This document shows positions 49,845 to 58,867 of a stretch of DNA of 64,000 nucleotides, in pieces. The number at the start of each line of letters is the position of its first letter. Position 1 is the stretch's first letter. The stretch is from Candidatus Parvarchaeota archaeon (lineage in GTDB: Archaea > Nanobdellota > Nanobdellia > Parvarchaeales > Parvarchaeaceae), in assembly GCA_025920305.1 (NCBI GenBank), contig JAPDMB010000001.1:538-64537 (forward strand), read 5' to 3'. The notes beneath the pieces were generated by a model. The model was not told where the DNA came from. It did no database searches and saw only the letters and a program-made list of their open reading frames with translations. The position numbers and the translations under genes are program-made.

Positions 49845-50213
49845 ATGGAAGCGAAGCTAGTGTTAAATGATCCGTCTACGGAAAAGTCATACAGCCGGGT
49901 CATATCCAATGAGGAGATCGATAATCTGCTTGGATTGAAGATAGGTGACGAATTCGATATGTCATTTTTAGGATTGGACGGTTACAAGGGCAGAGTAACT
50001 GGTGGAAGCTACATGACAGGCACTCCTATGGATAAAAGCATAGACGGCACCGGATTGAAGAGGGTGCTCAAGGTCTTAAATAAGCATGGGCTGAGAAAGA
50101 GGAAGAGCGTCGCAGGAAATACGATAAGCCAGTTCACCTCTCAGATAAATGTAAAGATAGTTAGTTATGGCAGTAAGAAGTTGGATGAGATTTTCGTGAA
50201 AAATAATGGTTGA
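49845..50213 (+). CDS. rps6e: 30S ribosomal protein S6e
   Basis: GLKIGDE, TGGS...G.PM, RKRKSV.GN, QINVKI. Confidence 0.94.
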   Translation: MEAKLVLNDPSTEKSYSRVISNEEIDNLLGLKIGDEFDMSFLGLDGYKGRVTGGSYMTGTPMDKSIDGTGLKRVLKVLNKHGLRKRKSVAGNTISQFTSQINVKIVSYGSKKLDEIFVKNNG

Positions 50214-51390
50214 AGATATAATCGTTGATCTCGTAGGTAATTTTGCAGACGGTAAGACTACCCTTGTAAAGGCTCTGACAAACGAATCAGCGCTTAGACA
50301 CAGCGAAGAGAAGAAGAGGGGGATAACCATACGTCTTGGCTATGCGCACTTCAAGCTTTTCAAATGCAATAGCTGTGGCAAGTTCAGCAGGTTTGAAAGA
50401 TGCGAGTTTTGCGGAGGCAGCACCGAATTGTTCCGCAGGGTCTCAATAATAGATTCTCCTGGACATAGGATGCTGATGACCACTATGCTCAGTGGCATAG
50501 GCTTGGCAGATGGAGCGATTATGGTCATCTCAGCGATAAATCCATGCCCCCAGCCTCAGACTGAGGAGCACATGGAAGCCATAAATCTGTTGGGTATAAA
50601 GAACTTAGTCGTTGCCCAAACTAAAGTGGACTTAGCTGGTGAGTCAAAAGCTAAGGAGAATTACAATCAGATAAGAGCTTTCTTGGAGAAGAATGGATTC
50701 TCAAATACGAATATAATACCGACTTTTGCCAATCAAAATATAAACATCCAAGAGATAATCCAGGAGATCGGTAAATTTGATATCTCTAACAGAGACGTCA
50801 GCGGGAAGCCTAAGATGCAGGTTATAAGGAGCTTCGATGTGAATAAGCCAGGCACGAGGATAGAGGATCTGAAAGGCGGTGTTTTGGGAGGCGGGCTCGT
50901 TTCCGGTAGGCTTTCCGTAGGCGATGAAGTGGTCTTAACTCCAAATGTTTCGGCAGGCAGTAAATTCAAGTCTATAAGAACAAAGATCATGTACATACAG
51001 AGCGAATTCGGTGAAGAAAAATCCGCTACAAGGGGGCTGTCCATCGGAGTCCTAACCAAATTAGACCCATCTATAGTAAGGAGAGACGCCTTAGTTGGGA
51101 GTTTGATCACCGACGCCGACAACTTGCCAATTCTTGATAATAAGCTGCGGATGACATATGATCCTATACCAGGCAAGACCATATTTGATAAACCTCTTCA
51201 AAAGGGGGAGAGCATACTTATAAACGTTCTGTCTTCCAGAGCGATCGGGATAATACAGGACATCTCTAAGGGAGGGATATCGCTGGTTTTAGGCGAGGTT
51301 TCCATACCTTTCTTTACGGGCGATAAGGTGATAGTATCCAGAAAGGTAAAGAATGCATGGACATTGGCTGGCTCTGGCATAATTTTATGA
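50206..51390 (+). CDS. Translation initiation factor aIF2 gamma
   Basis: HSEE..RGITIRLGYA, CxxC/CxxC, DSPGH, PQPQT.EH, RSFDVNKPG, KGGVLGG. Confidence 0.95.
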   Translation: MVEDIIVDLVGNFADGKTTLVKALTNESALRHSEEKKRGITIRLGYAHFKLFKCNSCGKFSRFERCEFCGGSTELFRRVSIIDSPGHRMLMTTMLSGIGLADGAIMVISAINPCPQPQTEEHMEAINLLGIKNLVVAQTKVDLAGESKAKENYNQIRAFLEKNGFSNTNIIPTFANQNINIQEIIQEIGKFDISNRDVSGKPKMQVIRSFDVNKPGTRIEDLKGGVLGGGLVSGRLSVGDEVVLTPNVSAGSKFKSIRTKIMYIQSEFGEEKSATRGLSIGVLTKLDPSIVRRDALVGSLITDADNLPILDNKLRMTYDPIPGKTIFDKPLQKGESILINVLSSRAIGIIQDISKGGISLVLGEVSIPFFTGDKVIVSRKVKNAWTLAGSGIIL

Positions 51391-51749
51391 TGAACATACT
51401 CTTGGACACTAACTTCTTAATTTACACCTTTGATAGAAAAATAGACTTAAGCGAATTTTTGAACACCCCTCTGTCCTCCCCGTATAAACTGTTCTGCATC
51501 GATAAGAACATCGAAGAACTGAATAGATTGGGCAGAAGAGATGTGATCGGACTTGTCGATCATCTAAAGGTGGAAATCTTGAAGACGGGGCACTCGCATC
51601 TGCATGTAGATGATTTAATGATAAAAGTCGCCAAAGAAGGCGGGTTCTGTATAGCTACACAGGATAGAGAATTGATACAGAAGTCTATGGATGCCGGGGT
51701 CCCTGTCATTTTGAGAGGAAATAAAAATAAGGCAAGGGTCATCATATAA
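51387..51749 (+). CDS. PIN-domain protein (Utp24/Fcf1-like)
   Basis: LLDTNFL, VDD, ATQDREL; conserved position after aIF2gamma. Confidence 0.88.
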   Translation: MMNILLDTNFLIYTFDRKIDLSEFLNTPLSSPYKLFCIDKNIEELNRLGRRDVIGLVDHLKVEILKTGHSHLHVDDLMIKVAKEGGFCIATQDRELIQKSMDAGVPVILRGNKNKARVII

Positions 51750-51820
51750 ATTAATGGCCGCGGATTCCATTCATATCGTATAGGAAGTGTTAAATATTGT
51801 TGGATCTATCTAATAAAGGT

Positions 51821-52090
51821 ATGGAAAATGACGTGATCTTCATCGGTAAAAAGCCGACAATGTCGTATGTTCTCGCCATACTCACTCATATAAATTCTGG
51901 TCATGACAGCGTTACTTTAAAAGCAAGAGGCATGCTTATCTCCAAAGCAGTCGATATATCTCAACTGGTTGTGAGGAAATTCTCTAAGGAGTTGAAGGTA
52001 TCTAGCATATCTATAGGCTCTGAGGAGATAACTGACAAGGATAACAACAAGAGGATGGTGTCTTATATCTCAATAGACCTTAAGAGATGA
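51821..52090 (+). CDS. albA: Chromatin protein Alba
   Basis: IGKKP.MSYVLA, KARG..ISKAVD. Confidence 0.95.
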   Translation: MENDVIFIGKKPTMSYVLAILTHINSGHDSVTLKARGMLISKAVDISQLVVRKFSKELKVSSISIGSEEITDKDNNKRMVSYISIDLKR

Positions 52091-52096
52091 GATTTT

Positions 52097-52744
52097 ATGA
52101 TAGGCGATGATGACGTAGTGCTTATAAATTTTGTCGGCAAGATAAAGGCGACAGGCCAGGTGATAGATTTCACTTATAGAGATATTGCAGAGAAAGAGAA
52201 GATAGATGTAGATAAATCAGACCTCTCACCTATAGTCGTCATCCCAAGCGCAAATTATACGTTGAAAGCAATATCCAAGTCATTGATAGGCAAAAATGAA
52301 GGAGATAAGTATACATTGGATTTAAAACCAGAGGATGCCTTTGGGAGGTTCAACCCAAGGTTAGTGAAAACATACTCATTGGACGCATTTAGAGAGAACA
52401 ACATAAAACCATCGGCTGGAGACATAGTTAGCTTGGATGGCATGACCGCTACAGTGATGTCAGTTGGGGCTGGCAGGGTGATGGTCAATTTTAACCACAT
52501 GCTGGCTGGTAAGGAGTTAATATATGATATAGAGGTCTTCAAAGTAATAACAGATGACGCTGAGAAAGCAGCCGCAATTTTTAGGCATTACACCGGGAAG
52601 CAGCCAGATAAGGTTGAGATAAACGAAAGTAATGTCAGGATACTTTATAAGGATTCGATAGATAAACACGTGGCCGATGCGATAGCCGACGATATAGACA
52701 AATATGTAAGAAAAGGATTTAAAGTTGAAATAACTTCATCTTAG
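52097..52744 (+). CDS. FKBP-type peptidyl-prolyl isomerase (SlyD-like)
   Basis: PEDAFG, GRVMVNFNH.LAGKEL.Y. Confidence 0.9.
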   Translation: MIGDDDVVLINFVGKIKATGQVIDFTYRDIAEKEKIDVDKSDLSPIVVIPSANYTLKAISKSLIGKNEGDKYTLDLKPEDAFGRFNPRLVKTYSLDAFRENNIKPSAGDIVSLDGMTATVMSVGAGRVMVNFNHMLAGKELIYDIEVFKVITDDAEKAAAIFRHYTGKQPDKVEINESNVRILYKDSIDKHVADAIADDIDKYVRKGFKVEITSS

Positions 52745-52745
52745 C

Positions 52746-53879
52746 ATGGAAATGAATAGGATTACTGCATCAAGCATATCTAATGAGGGGGTCAAGGCCC
52801 CAAATATCGACATAAGTAGGACCAAGGAATTCGATAAGGCTTTAGAAGATCTTATAACCAATAGGCGGACCAGTATAAAGGTGGTAGGTGTCGGCGGCTC
52901 CGGCAACAATACTCTGAACAGAATGTTCGAGGTGGGCATCAAAGGCGCAGAGCTGATCGCGATGAATACAGATGCCGCTGATCTTCTATGTACCCCTTCT
53001 GATAAGAAGGTACTGCTTGGAAAGGAACTTACGAAAGGGCTCGGTGCCGGTGCTAATTCAGAGATTGGCGAAGCGGCTGCCAAAGAGCAGGAGCAGGAGA
53101 TAAAAGACGTCCTTCAAGGAGCCGATATGGTTTTCATATGCGGCGGCATGGGCGGTGGCACAGGGACTGGCGGTATACCTGTCGTAGCCAGGGTGGCTAA
53201 AAAACTGAACGCTCTAACCATAGCCGTCGTTACGTTACCATTCAAGATGGAAGGCAAGAATAGGATGAATACAGCGATGAGTGGCATAGAGAAACTGAAA
53301 GATGTGGTTGATACGCTGATAGTGATACCAAATGAGAAATTAAGGGCTATAGCTCCTGATCTCCCTCTACCTATAGCTTTGAAGGTTGCCGATGATGTTC
53401 TTACTAACGCTGTCAAGGGCATAACAGAGCTGATAACAAGGCCTGGTCTGATAAATGTGGATTTTGCTGATGTGAAGGCGATAATGTCAAACGGTGGAGT
53501 AGCTCTTATAAGTTCTGCGGAAAGCGACGCGAAGGACAAGAAGATAGAGACTATAGTCGAAAAAGTCTTGAATAACCCTCTGATAGACGTGGATCTTTCA
53601 ACTGCTAAAGGCATGCTGATAGATGTAAGCGGCGGCTCGTCCCTGACGTTGGAAGAGGCTAGTTCAGTTGTAGATTTGGTCAGCAGGAGGCTCCCAGAAA
53701 ATATAAATGTCATCTGGGGTGCGCATATCTTCCCGGATCTTAAGAATACTATAAGGGTTATGGCTATAATAACGGGCGTGACTTCTAAGCAGATATTCGG
53801 TAAATCCATATCGGAAGAGAAGGAACTTAAGGATAAGCGGGAAGTGGAAGAAGAGCTGGGCATAAAGTTTTTAGGGTAG
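52746..53879 (+). CDS. ftsZ: Cell division protein FtsZ (FtsZ1-type)
   Basis: GVGGSGNN, GLGAG, GGGTGTG, NVDFAD; adjacent to secE. Confidence 0.97.
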   Translation: MEMNRITASSISNEGVKAPNIDISRTKEFDKALEDLITNRRTSIKVVGVGGSGNNTLNRMFEVGIKGAELIAMNTDAADLLCTPSDKKVLLGKELTKGLGAGANSEIGEAAAKEQEQEIKDVLQGADMVFICGGMGGGTGTGGIPVVARVAKKLNALTIAVVTLPFKMEGKNRMNTAMSGIEKLKDVVDTLIVIPNEKLRAIAPDLPLPIALKVADDVLTNAVKGITELITRPGLINVDFADVKAIMSNGGVALISSAESDAKDKKIETIVEKVLNNPLIDVDLSTAKGMLIDVSGGSSLTLEEASSVVDLVSRRLPENINVIWGAHIFPDLKNTIRVMAIITGVTSKQIFGKSISEEKELKDKREVEEELGIKFLG

Positions 53880-53887
53880 ATTTTTTG

Positions 53888-54358
53888 ATGGAAGAAAAAA
53901 GTCTAGCCGATGCAAATACCTCAGGTCAAAATGATAATACTGGTGCAGCTGGCGGAAAGGCAGATTCTACCAACCAGCATACATCTCCAACTGAAGGAGC
54001 GCAGAACGGCGAAAAGACCGTGGATGAAGCCGCTGGCAAAGAGGATAAGAGCGCAAAACAGGACGAGCAAAAAAAAGAGCAGCCCCAGCCAGCCGCTCCA
54101 AGCGCAAAAAGAGTGGAAAGGAGGAAGATAGACATATCTAGGTTCGGTAGGAGGGTAAAGCATGTTTTGGGATTCATAAGCCCATGGTTTATCTCCTCTA
54201 AATTGAAGTACTACTACTCAGAGTATAGACGGATACTACTGCTATCAAGAAAACCAACCTCGAAGGAGTACAAGGAACTTACGATAATGGTGGTGATCGG
54301 CACGCTGGTCGTAGGCATGATAGGGTTTGTCATCCAGCTTATAATCCAGTTCATCTGA
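53888..54358 (+). CDS. secE: Protein translocase SecE/Sec61gamma with long N-terminal extension
   Basis: EYRRILLLSRKPTSKEY plus TM GMIGFVI at the C-terminus. Confidence 0.88.
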   Translation: MEEKSLADANTSGQNDNTGAAGGKADSTNQHTSPTEGAQNGEKTVDEAAGKEDKSAKQDEQKKEQPQPAAPSAKRVERRKIDISRFGRRVKHVLGFISPWFISSKLKYYYSEYRRILLLSRKPTSKEYKELTIMVVIGTLVVGMIGFVIQLIIQFI

Positions 54359-55045
54359 TCATTGGTTGTTTGCTATGGCTAACATGCATTCGTTATAATA
54401 TGGACAGTACTTGCACTCCCATACCTTTTTATCATCAAAATAGTACTCTGCAAATGGCAGTTCGTTGTCCTTCAAGTGTTTGTCAAGCTCCTTGAACCTC
54501 TGCATAGTTTTTTCATACAGCTGTTCGTCTAATCTTACTTCGAACTGCTTTATGGACATGTTTTTCTTGTCTACGTAGATTAAGAACCCGAGGTCTGGAT
54601 TTTCATACTTCATGTAGAGGTTAAGCTGCATTAGGTGTTTTTCCTGCGGTTCGACTATGCTATTCACATCAGAGGCAGATTTCACCTCTATCAGTATCTT
54701 TCTCCCATCTTTAGTTATTATGAAGTCATCTATCCTTCCATATACTGAAAATGTAGTCTCGCTATCGCTGTAATTTATCTTGATAGGCTTCTCCTCTATA
54801 ACGTACCCGAACTTATCAGACGACTTCAGGGCTTCGGTTATGAATAGGTGTATATTATTCCCCAGCGCGAATATCCGCAGGGTGCTTTCGTCTACCTTCT
54901 TTGGATTGAGATATGAGTAGAACTGCCTCCTTAAGCACATGCCGATCTCACTCGGGTAATAGCTCCCTATCGCCCTAGGCCTTTCCTCGGTTTTTAGGTA
55001 GTCATCTATCACCTTATCTATCTGAAAGTCGTCTGTGCCTTCCAT
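54359..55045 (-). CDS. Stand-alone Cas4-like PD-(D/E)XK nuclease
   Basis: PSEIGMC, GNNIH, GRID, EVKS, QLNLY, CKYCPYYNEC. Confidence 0.88.
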   Translation of the reverse strand: MEGTDDFQIDKVIDDYLKTEERPRAIGSYYPSEIGMCLRRQFYSYLNPKKVDESTLRIFALGNNIHLFITEALKSSDKFGYVIEEKPIKINYSDSETTFSVYGRIDDFIITKDGRKILIEVKSASDVNSIVEPQEKHLMQLNLYMKYENPDLGFLIYVDKKNMSIKQFEVRLDEQLYEKTMQRFKELDKHLKDNELPFAEYYFDDKKVWECKYCPYYNECMLAIANNQ

Positions 55046-55157
55046 ATTCCTTGCTGTAGGGGCAAGTGCAGTTTAAATGTATCATGTCCCAAGTTTATTT
55101 GTTTACCTCTATACACGTTCGAAATTATATGGCTTTCCGCTAATTTAAGTATTTTGT

Positions 55158-55204
55158 CAAAATGAGCTTTAAGACCCATAATCTACATAGGCGGGATGAA
55201 AGCG
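55158..55204 (+). mobile_element. IS200/IS605 left-end remnant
   Basis: GCTTTAAGACCC...GGCGGGATGAAAGCG; shares GGGATGAAAG with the 41580 and 62482 copies. Confidence 0.45.
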
Positions 55205-55278
55205 GACAGCGAACATATAAATGCATGGAGAAAATAAAGATGATATGTTGACGCCGTATCAGCAGTTGTAGTCGTCTT

Positions 55279-55803
55279 ATGAACAGAAAAGGACAGGTTT
55301 TTTCGCTTGATTTGATGTTTGCGGTCTTGATATTCCTGCTTATCTTTATGTCGCTATTAATCTTTATATATACCGTTTCAGACGTGTATAATCCTTATTC
55401 ATACCTATCAATAACCCTGTCTTTGGAAAAGCTCAATTTAATCGGGAACATTGGGATAGATTCTCTGTCTAATTCATTTGGGACCCCGCCGAACTGGGTG
55501 GGCTTGCCGTGCTCAAGCATAAAGTCTTTTGGGCTGCTCAAGACTTATTATACATTAAGCCTTAACAAAGCCTATTCATTGGTTTCGTCTTACCCGTCGT
55601 GTTTTTACAACATGTCTAAGGTCGGCGCTGATTTCAACTTATCAATATCCCACCTGAACGGCACACCCTTATACATAAATGGTTCAGATATTACAATTGG
55701 ATCAAAGCCGCCGGCAAATTCGAGTTACATCGTCTCCCTTGTAAGGTTCCTAGCGCTATCTTCAGGCGCGATAGTGGAGGTCAACTATAAGATATGGACA
55801 TGA
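55279..55803 (+). CDS. Class III signal-peptide (pilin-like) protein
   Basis: RKGQVFSLD plus hydrophobic helix; G.P.NW motif. Confidence 0.78.
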   Translation: MNRKGQVFSLDLMFAVLIFLLIFMSLLIFIYTVSDVYNPYSYLSITLSLEKLNLIGNIGIDSLSNSFGTPPNWVGLPCSSIKSFGLLKTYYTLSLNKAYSLVSSYPSCFYNMSKVGADFNLSISHLNGTPLYINGSDITIGSKPPANSSYIVSLVRFLALSSGAIVEVNYKIWT

Positions 55804-56276
55804 AAGCCCAGATATTCACCTTGGATTTGATAATCGGATTGATACTTGTAATCTCAATAATCTCAGCGTCGTACTATATATTCAATTATTATCTGAAGTA
55901 TAACCTCCAAACAATGTCCCAGGACAATAAAGTCCTATCGATCTACTCCGCATTCAATTCTTTCTTGGCTTCAAATTCCACGGTCTACAAATTTGCTGGT
56001 TTTGAGGAGTCAACCGTTTCAGCTAGTTCCCTGAACGCATATATAGCGGGTACGCTTAAAGCTGAGATTGGTTCGCCTTTCTCCCTGTTAGTCTACACAA
56101 ACTCAACCGCTGGAAGCTCCGCTCTGCCGAATAATCTAATATACACATATAATTCGTCAGGTTTCAGCCCCAACTCAGGGAACACGCTGGCGACATCGCA
56201 GCTTGTGGTAATCTACAACCCAGGTACATCAACTCTCGTGTCTTTTGACCTTTTTACCTTGAAGGTCGATGTTTAG
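55794..56276 (+). CDS. Class III signal-peptide (pilin-like) protein
   Basis: MKAQIFTLD plus hydrophobic helix. Confidence 0.75.
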   Translation: MDMKAQIFTLDLIIGLILVISIISASYYIFNYYLKYNLQTMSQDNKVLSIYSAFNSFLASNSTVYKFAGFEESTVSASSLNAYIAGTLKAEIGSPFSLLVYTNSTAGSSALPNNLIYTYNSSGFSPNSGNTLATSQLVVIYNPGTSTLVSFDLFTLKVDV

Positions 56277-56506
56277 TTCGATGTATTTGAAGCCAGTAGT
56301 CTTTTAAGTTCGTCTATCTTTGTTTTTATCTCTTCGCCTTTCTTTATGTTGTTAAGGACAAGCATGTCGTTCACGGCCAATAACTGCTGTCCTAGGTCTG
56401 CGGACCTGTCAAAGTCTAGGTTGTTCCTGTACTGGTTGTACAGTATTATCCCCTCCATTGCTCTTCTGTACACTAGCTTCAATTCCTTGTCTTCCATTTC
56501 CCCCAC
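56273..56506 (-). CDS. Small hypothetical protein
   Basis: 77-aa helical ORF with a TATA-like element upstream. Confidence 0.5.
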   Translation of the reverse strand: MGEMEDKELKLVYRRAMEGIILYNQYRNNLDFDRSADLGQQLLAVNDMLVLNNIKKGEEIKTKIDELKRLLASNTSN

Positions 56507-56567
56507 ATTGTTATATATGGGTATTTAGAATAAAAGCCGTTCATTCATATTACTCAGATATTACTTC

Positions 56568-58286
56568 TCACGTTTCGAAGAACTTTCCGGCCTCTTTTTG
56601 CTCCATGTCTAATCTGCTGCCAGGTAGATTTATCCTAGGTCTACCGCTTTCAGCGTCTTTTCTCATAGTTACATTGGCTCTCTTAAGCAGATTATTTATA
56701 GCCTCATCTGTCCTGGATATACGGGTCGCTATGCCCGTTTTATCCGGGTCTCCTTCGAATAGGAGGGCCCTCGTACTGACCGCGTTTATAAGCGTGAGAT
56801 CGTGGTCTATTATCATTGCGCTCTTCCTATTCGCCTTTATGAACGAACCTATTATGTTTATCGTCTCCAACCTGTCTTCCAGGTCTAAATTTGCAGACGG
56901 TTCATCAAATAGGTAAATATCCGCGTCCCTTAAAATCGTCGAAAATATGGCTAATTTCTGCAGTTCCCCTCCGGACAGGTTTTTCACGTTTTTGCTGAGG
57001 ACTCTGTCAATCTCAAGTTTTTTCATAACGTTTCCGAAGGATTCATTCGACGTGAAATCTGCCCTTATCGATGCGAGGAGGTCTTTTACTAGTACGTCAG
57101 GAGCCTCTATAAACTGCGGTTTATAAGAGATCCTTATCCCAAGTTCTAATTTGCCTGCATCTGTATCTATAGCCCCTGTCATAGCTCTTGCGAAGGTCGT
57201 CTTTCCGATTCCGTTCTCTCCGATGATGCCTATTATCTCACCTTTATATATTGTACCTTCCTTCACAAAGAGTTTGAATCCACCGACTTCTACATTAAAA
57301 TCCGGCCAGGACGTCAGCGGTTCTAAACTGCCCTCCGGCACATTTCCTTTGATGTTCAGTCCATGATCCCTAAATCTCATGTTTTCGGCGGGTAGATATC
57401 CTCTTAGGTAGTTGTTTATGCCCTGTCTGGTCGGCATTATATGCGAGACTATGCCGTAGTTTGATTCAGAGCCGTACATTATCTGCACGAAGTCTGTGAG
57501 GTAATCGAGCATGATCAGGTCATGCTCTACGATTACTACCGTTTTATCCTTAAGATTCTCCTTTATTGTTTTAGCCACCTTTAGCCGCTGAGATATATCC
57601 AAATAATTCATCGGCTCGTCCAATATGTATACATCTGCGTCTTTATCCAACGCGGCAGAGATCTCCACCAGCTGCGCCTGCCCTCCAGATAATGATGAGA
57701 TGTCCCTATCCATTATATCCCTGCTTATTAGATTATACTTATTCTCCTTCACAGCGTCCTTGACTGCGCCCGTTAATGCTAAATTTTGTTCTTTTTTGGA
57801 TACTTTTAGCTCCCCGCTATACAGTCTCTCCAAATACGGCTGGATCTCCCTGCCCCGAAACCTCCTTATTATCTCTTTGTCCTCCGTCTTATCGACAAAA
57901 TTGCCGAAGTTAGGCTTCAGAGAATTTGATATCAGATTTATATTAGTAGTCTTGCCGATTCCGTTTTTCCCTAGTATGCCAACTACCTTGCCGTTCATCG
58001 GGGATATTATATTATACGTCCTGAATGAATTTACGCCGTATTGGAAGGTCAGCTCTCTATTCAGCTCATCAGGCAGGTTTATCACCCTTATCGCATCATA
58101 CGGGCACCTATTTACACATATCCCGCACGCTATACACAGCTCTTCATCTATTGCGGCTTTCTTGTTCTCTCTTTTATAAACAGTATTAATAGCCCCCTCT
58201 CTCACCCTCGGGCATACCTGTGCGCATATATAGTCGCAGGCTTGCGGTGCCTGGCATTCTTTCTCCTTTATCGTGACGATCTTCAT
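56568..58286 (-). CDS. Ribosome recycling ATPase ABCE1/RLI
   Basis: N-terminal Fe-S Cys motifs, two ABC domains (GKNGIGKTT, GENGIGKTT), GRPRIN. Confidence 0.96.
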   Translation of the reverse strand: MKIVTIKEKECQAPQACDYICAQVCPRVREGAINTVYKRENKKAAIDEELCIACGICVNRCPYDAIRVINLPDELNRELTFQYGVNSFRTYNIISPMNGKVVGILGKNGIGKTTNINLISNSLKPNFGNFVDKTEDKEIIRRFRGREIQPYLERLYSGELKVSKKEQNLALTGAVKDAVKENKYNLISRDIMDRDISSLSGGQAQLVEISAALDKDADVYILDEPMNYLDISQRLKVAKTIKENLKDKTVVIVEHDLIMLDYLTDFVQIMYGSESNYGIVSHIMPTRQGINNYLRGYLPAENMRFRDHGLNIKGNVPEGSLEPLTSWPDFNVEVGGFKLFVKEGTIYKGEIIGIIGENGIGKTTFARAMTGAIDTDAGKLELGIRISYKPQFIEAPDVLVKDLLASIRADFTSNESFGNVMKKLEIDRVLSKNVKNLSGGELQKLAIFSTILRDADIYLFDEPSANLDLEDRLETINIIGSFIKANRKSAMIIDHDLTLINAVSTRALLFEGDPDKTGIATRISRTDEAINNLLKRANVTMRKDAESGRPRINLPGSRLDMEQKEAGKFFET

Positions 58287-58337
58287 AGTATTTCAGCGAG
58301 ATAGCATTTTATATCCACATCTATATAAATTTGTGAT

Positions 58338-58787
58338 ATGGACACCGGAGACACATGCGAGTATGTACCTTTCAAAGATAAGCATTCCGATCCTGAGATT
58401 AAGGGAGTGCTTGAAAGATATAAGGTAATCTGCGTGGTGGGCGCTTCTGATATCAGCGGTAAAGCAGCACATGACGTCCCGGAGTATCTTATCTCAAAGG
58501 GATATAATGTAATACCGGTCAATCCAAATCATGCCGAAGTATTCGGTTTAAAGGCCTATAAATCCATAGGAGAGGTAAGAGGCAATGTGGATGTTGTTGA
58601 GATATTCAGGCCTTCTGAAGAGGTCTACGGCATAGTTTCTGAAGCGATCAAAAAGCATCCGAAGGTCATTTGGATGCAGGAAGGCATCTACAATAAAGAC
58701 GCAGTTGAACTTGCGGAGAAAGAGGGGATATTCACCGTCTTCAATAGGTGCATGTTCAAGGAACACGTTAGACTGTTCGGAGATTAA
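58338..58787 (+). CDS. CoA-binding protein (YccU-like)
   Basis: VVGAS, PVNP, FRPS, WMQEG, NRC. Confidence 0.92.
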   Translation: MDTGDTCEYVPFKDKHSDPEIKGVLERYKVICVVGASDISGKAAHDVPEYLISKGYNVIPVNPNHAEVFGLKAYKSIGEVRGNVDVVEIFRPSEEVYGIVSEAIKKHPKVIWMQEGIYNKDAVELAEKEGIFTVFNRCMFKEHVRLFGD

Positions 58788-58867
58788 GATCTCCCTTTCT
58801 CAAAGTTTATAAGTGTATATCGACAATATTAATAAAGTGGGCGGAAGCCCCGGATATCGCAATCTAT

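Noticed and set aside
54359..55278. CRISPR-Cas locus near the Cas4-like gene
   Set aside because: No regularly spaced direct repeats or other cas genes seen in the window
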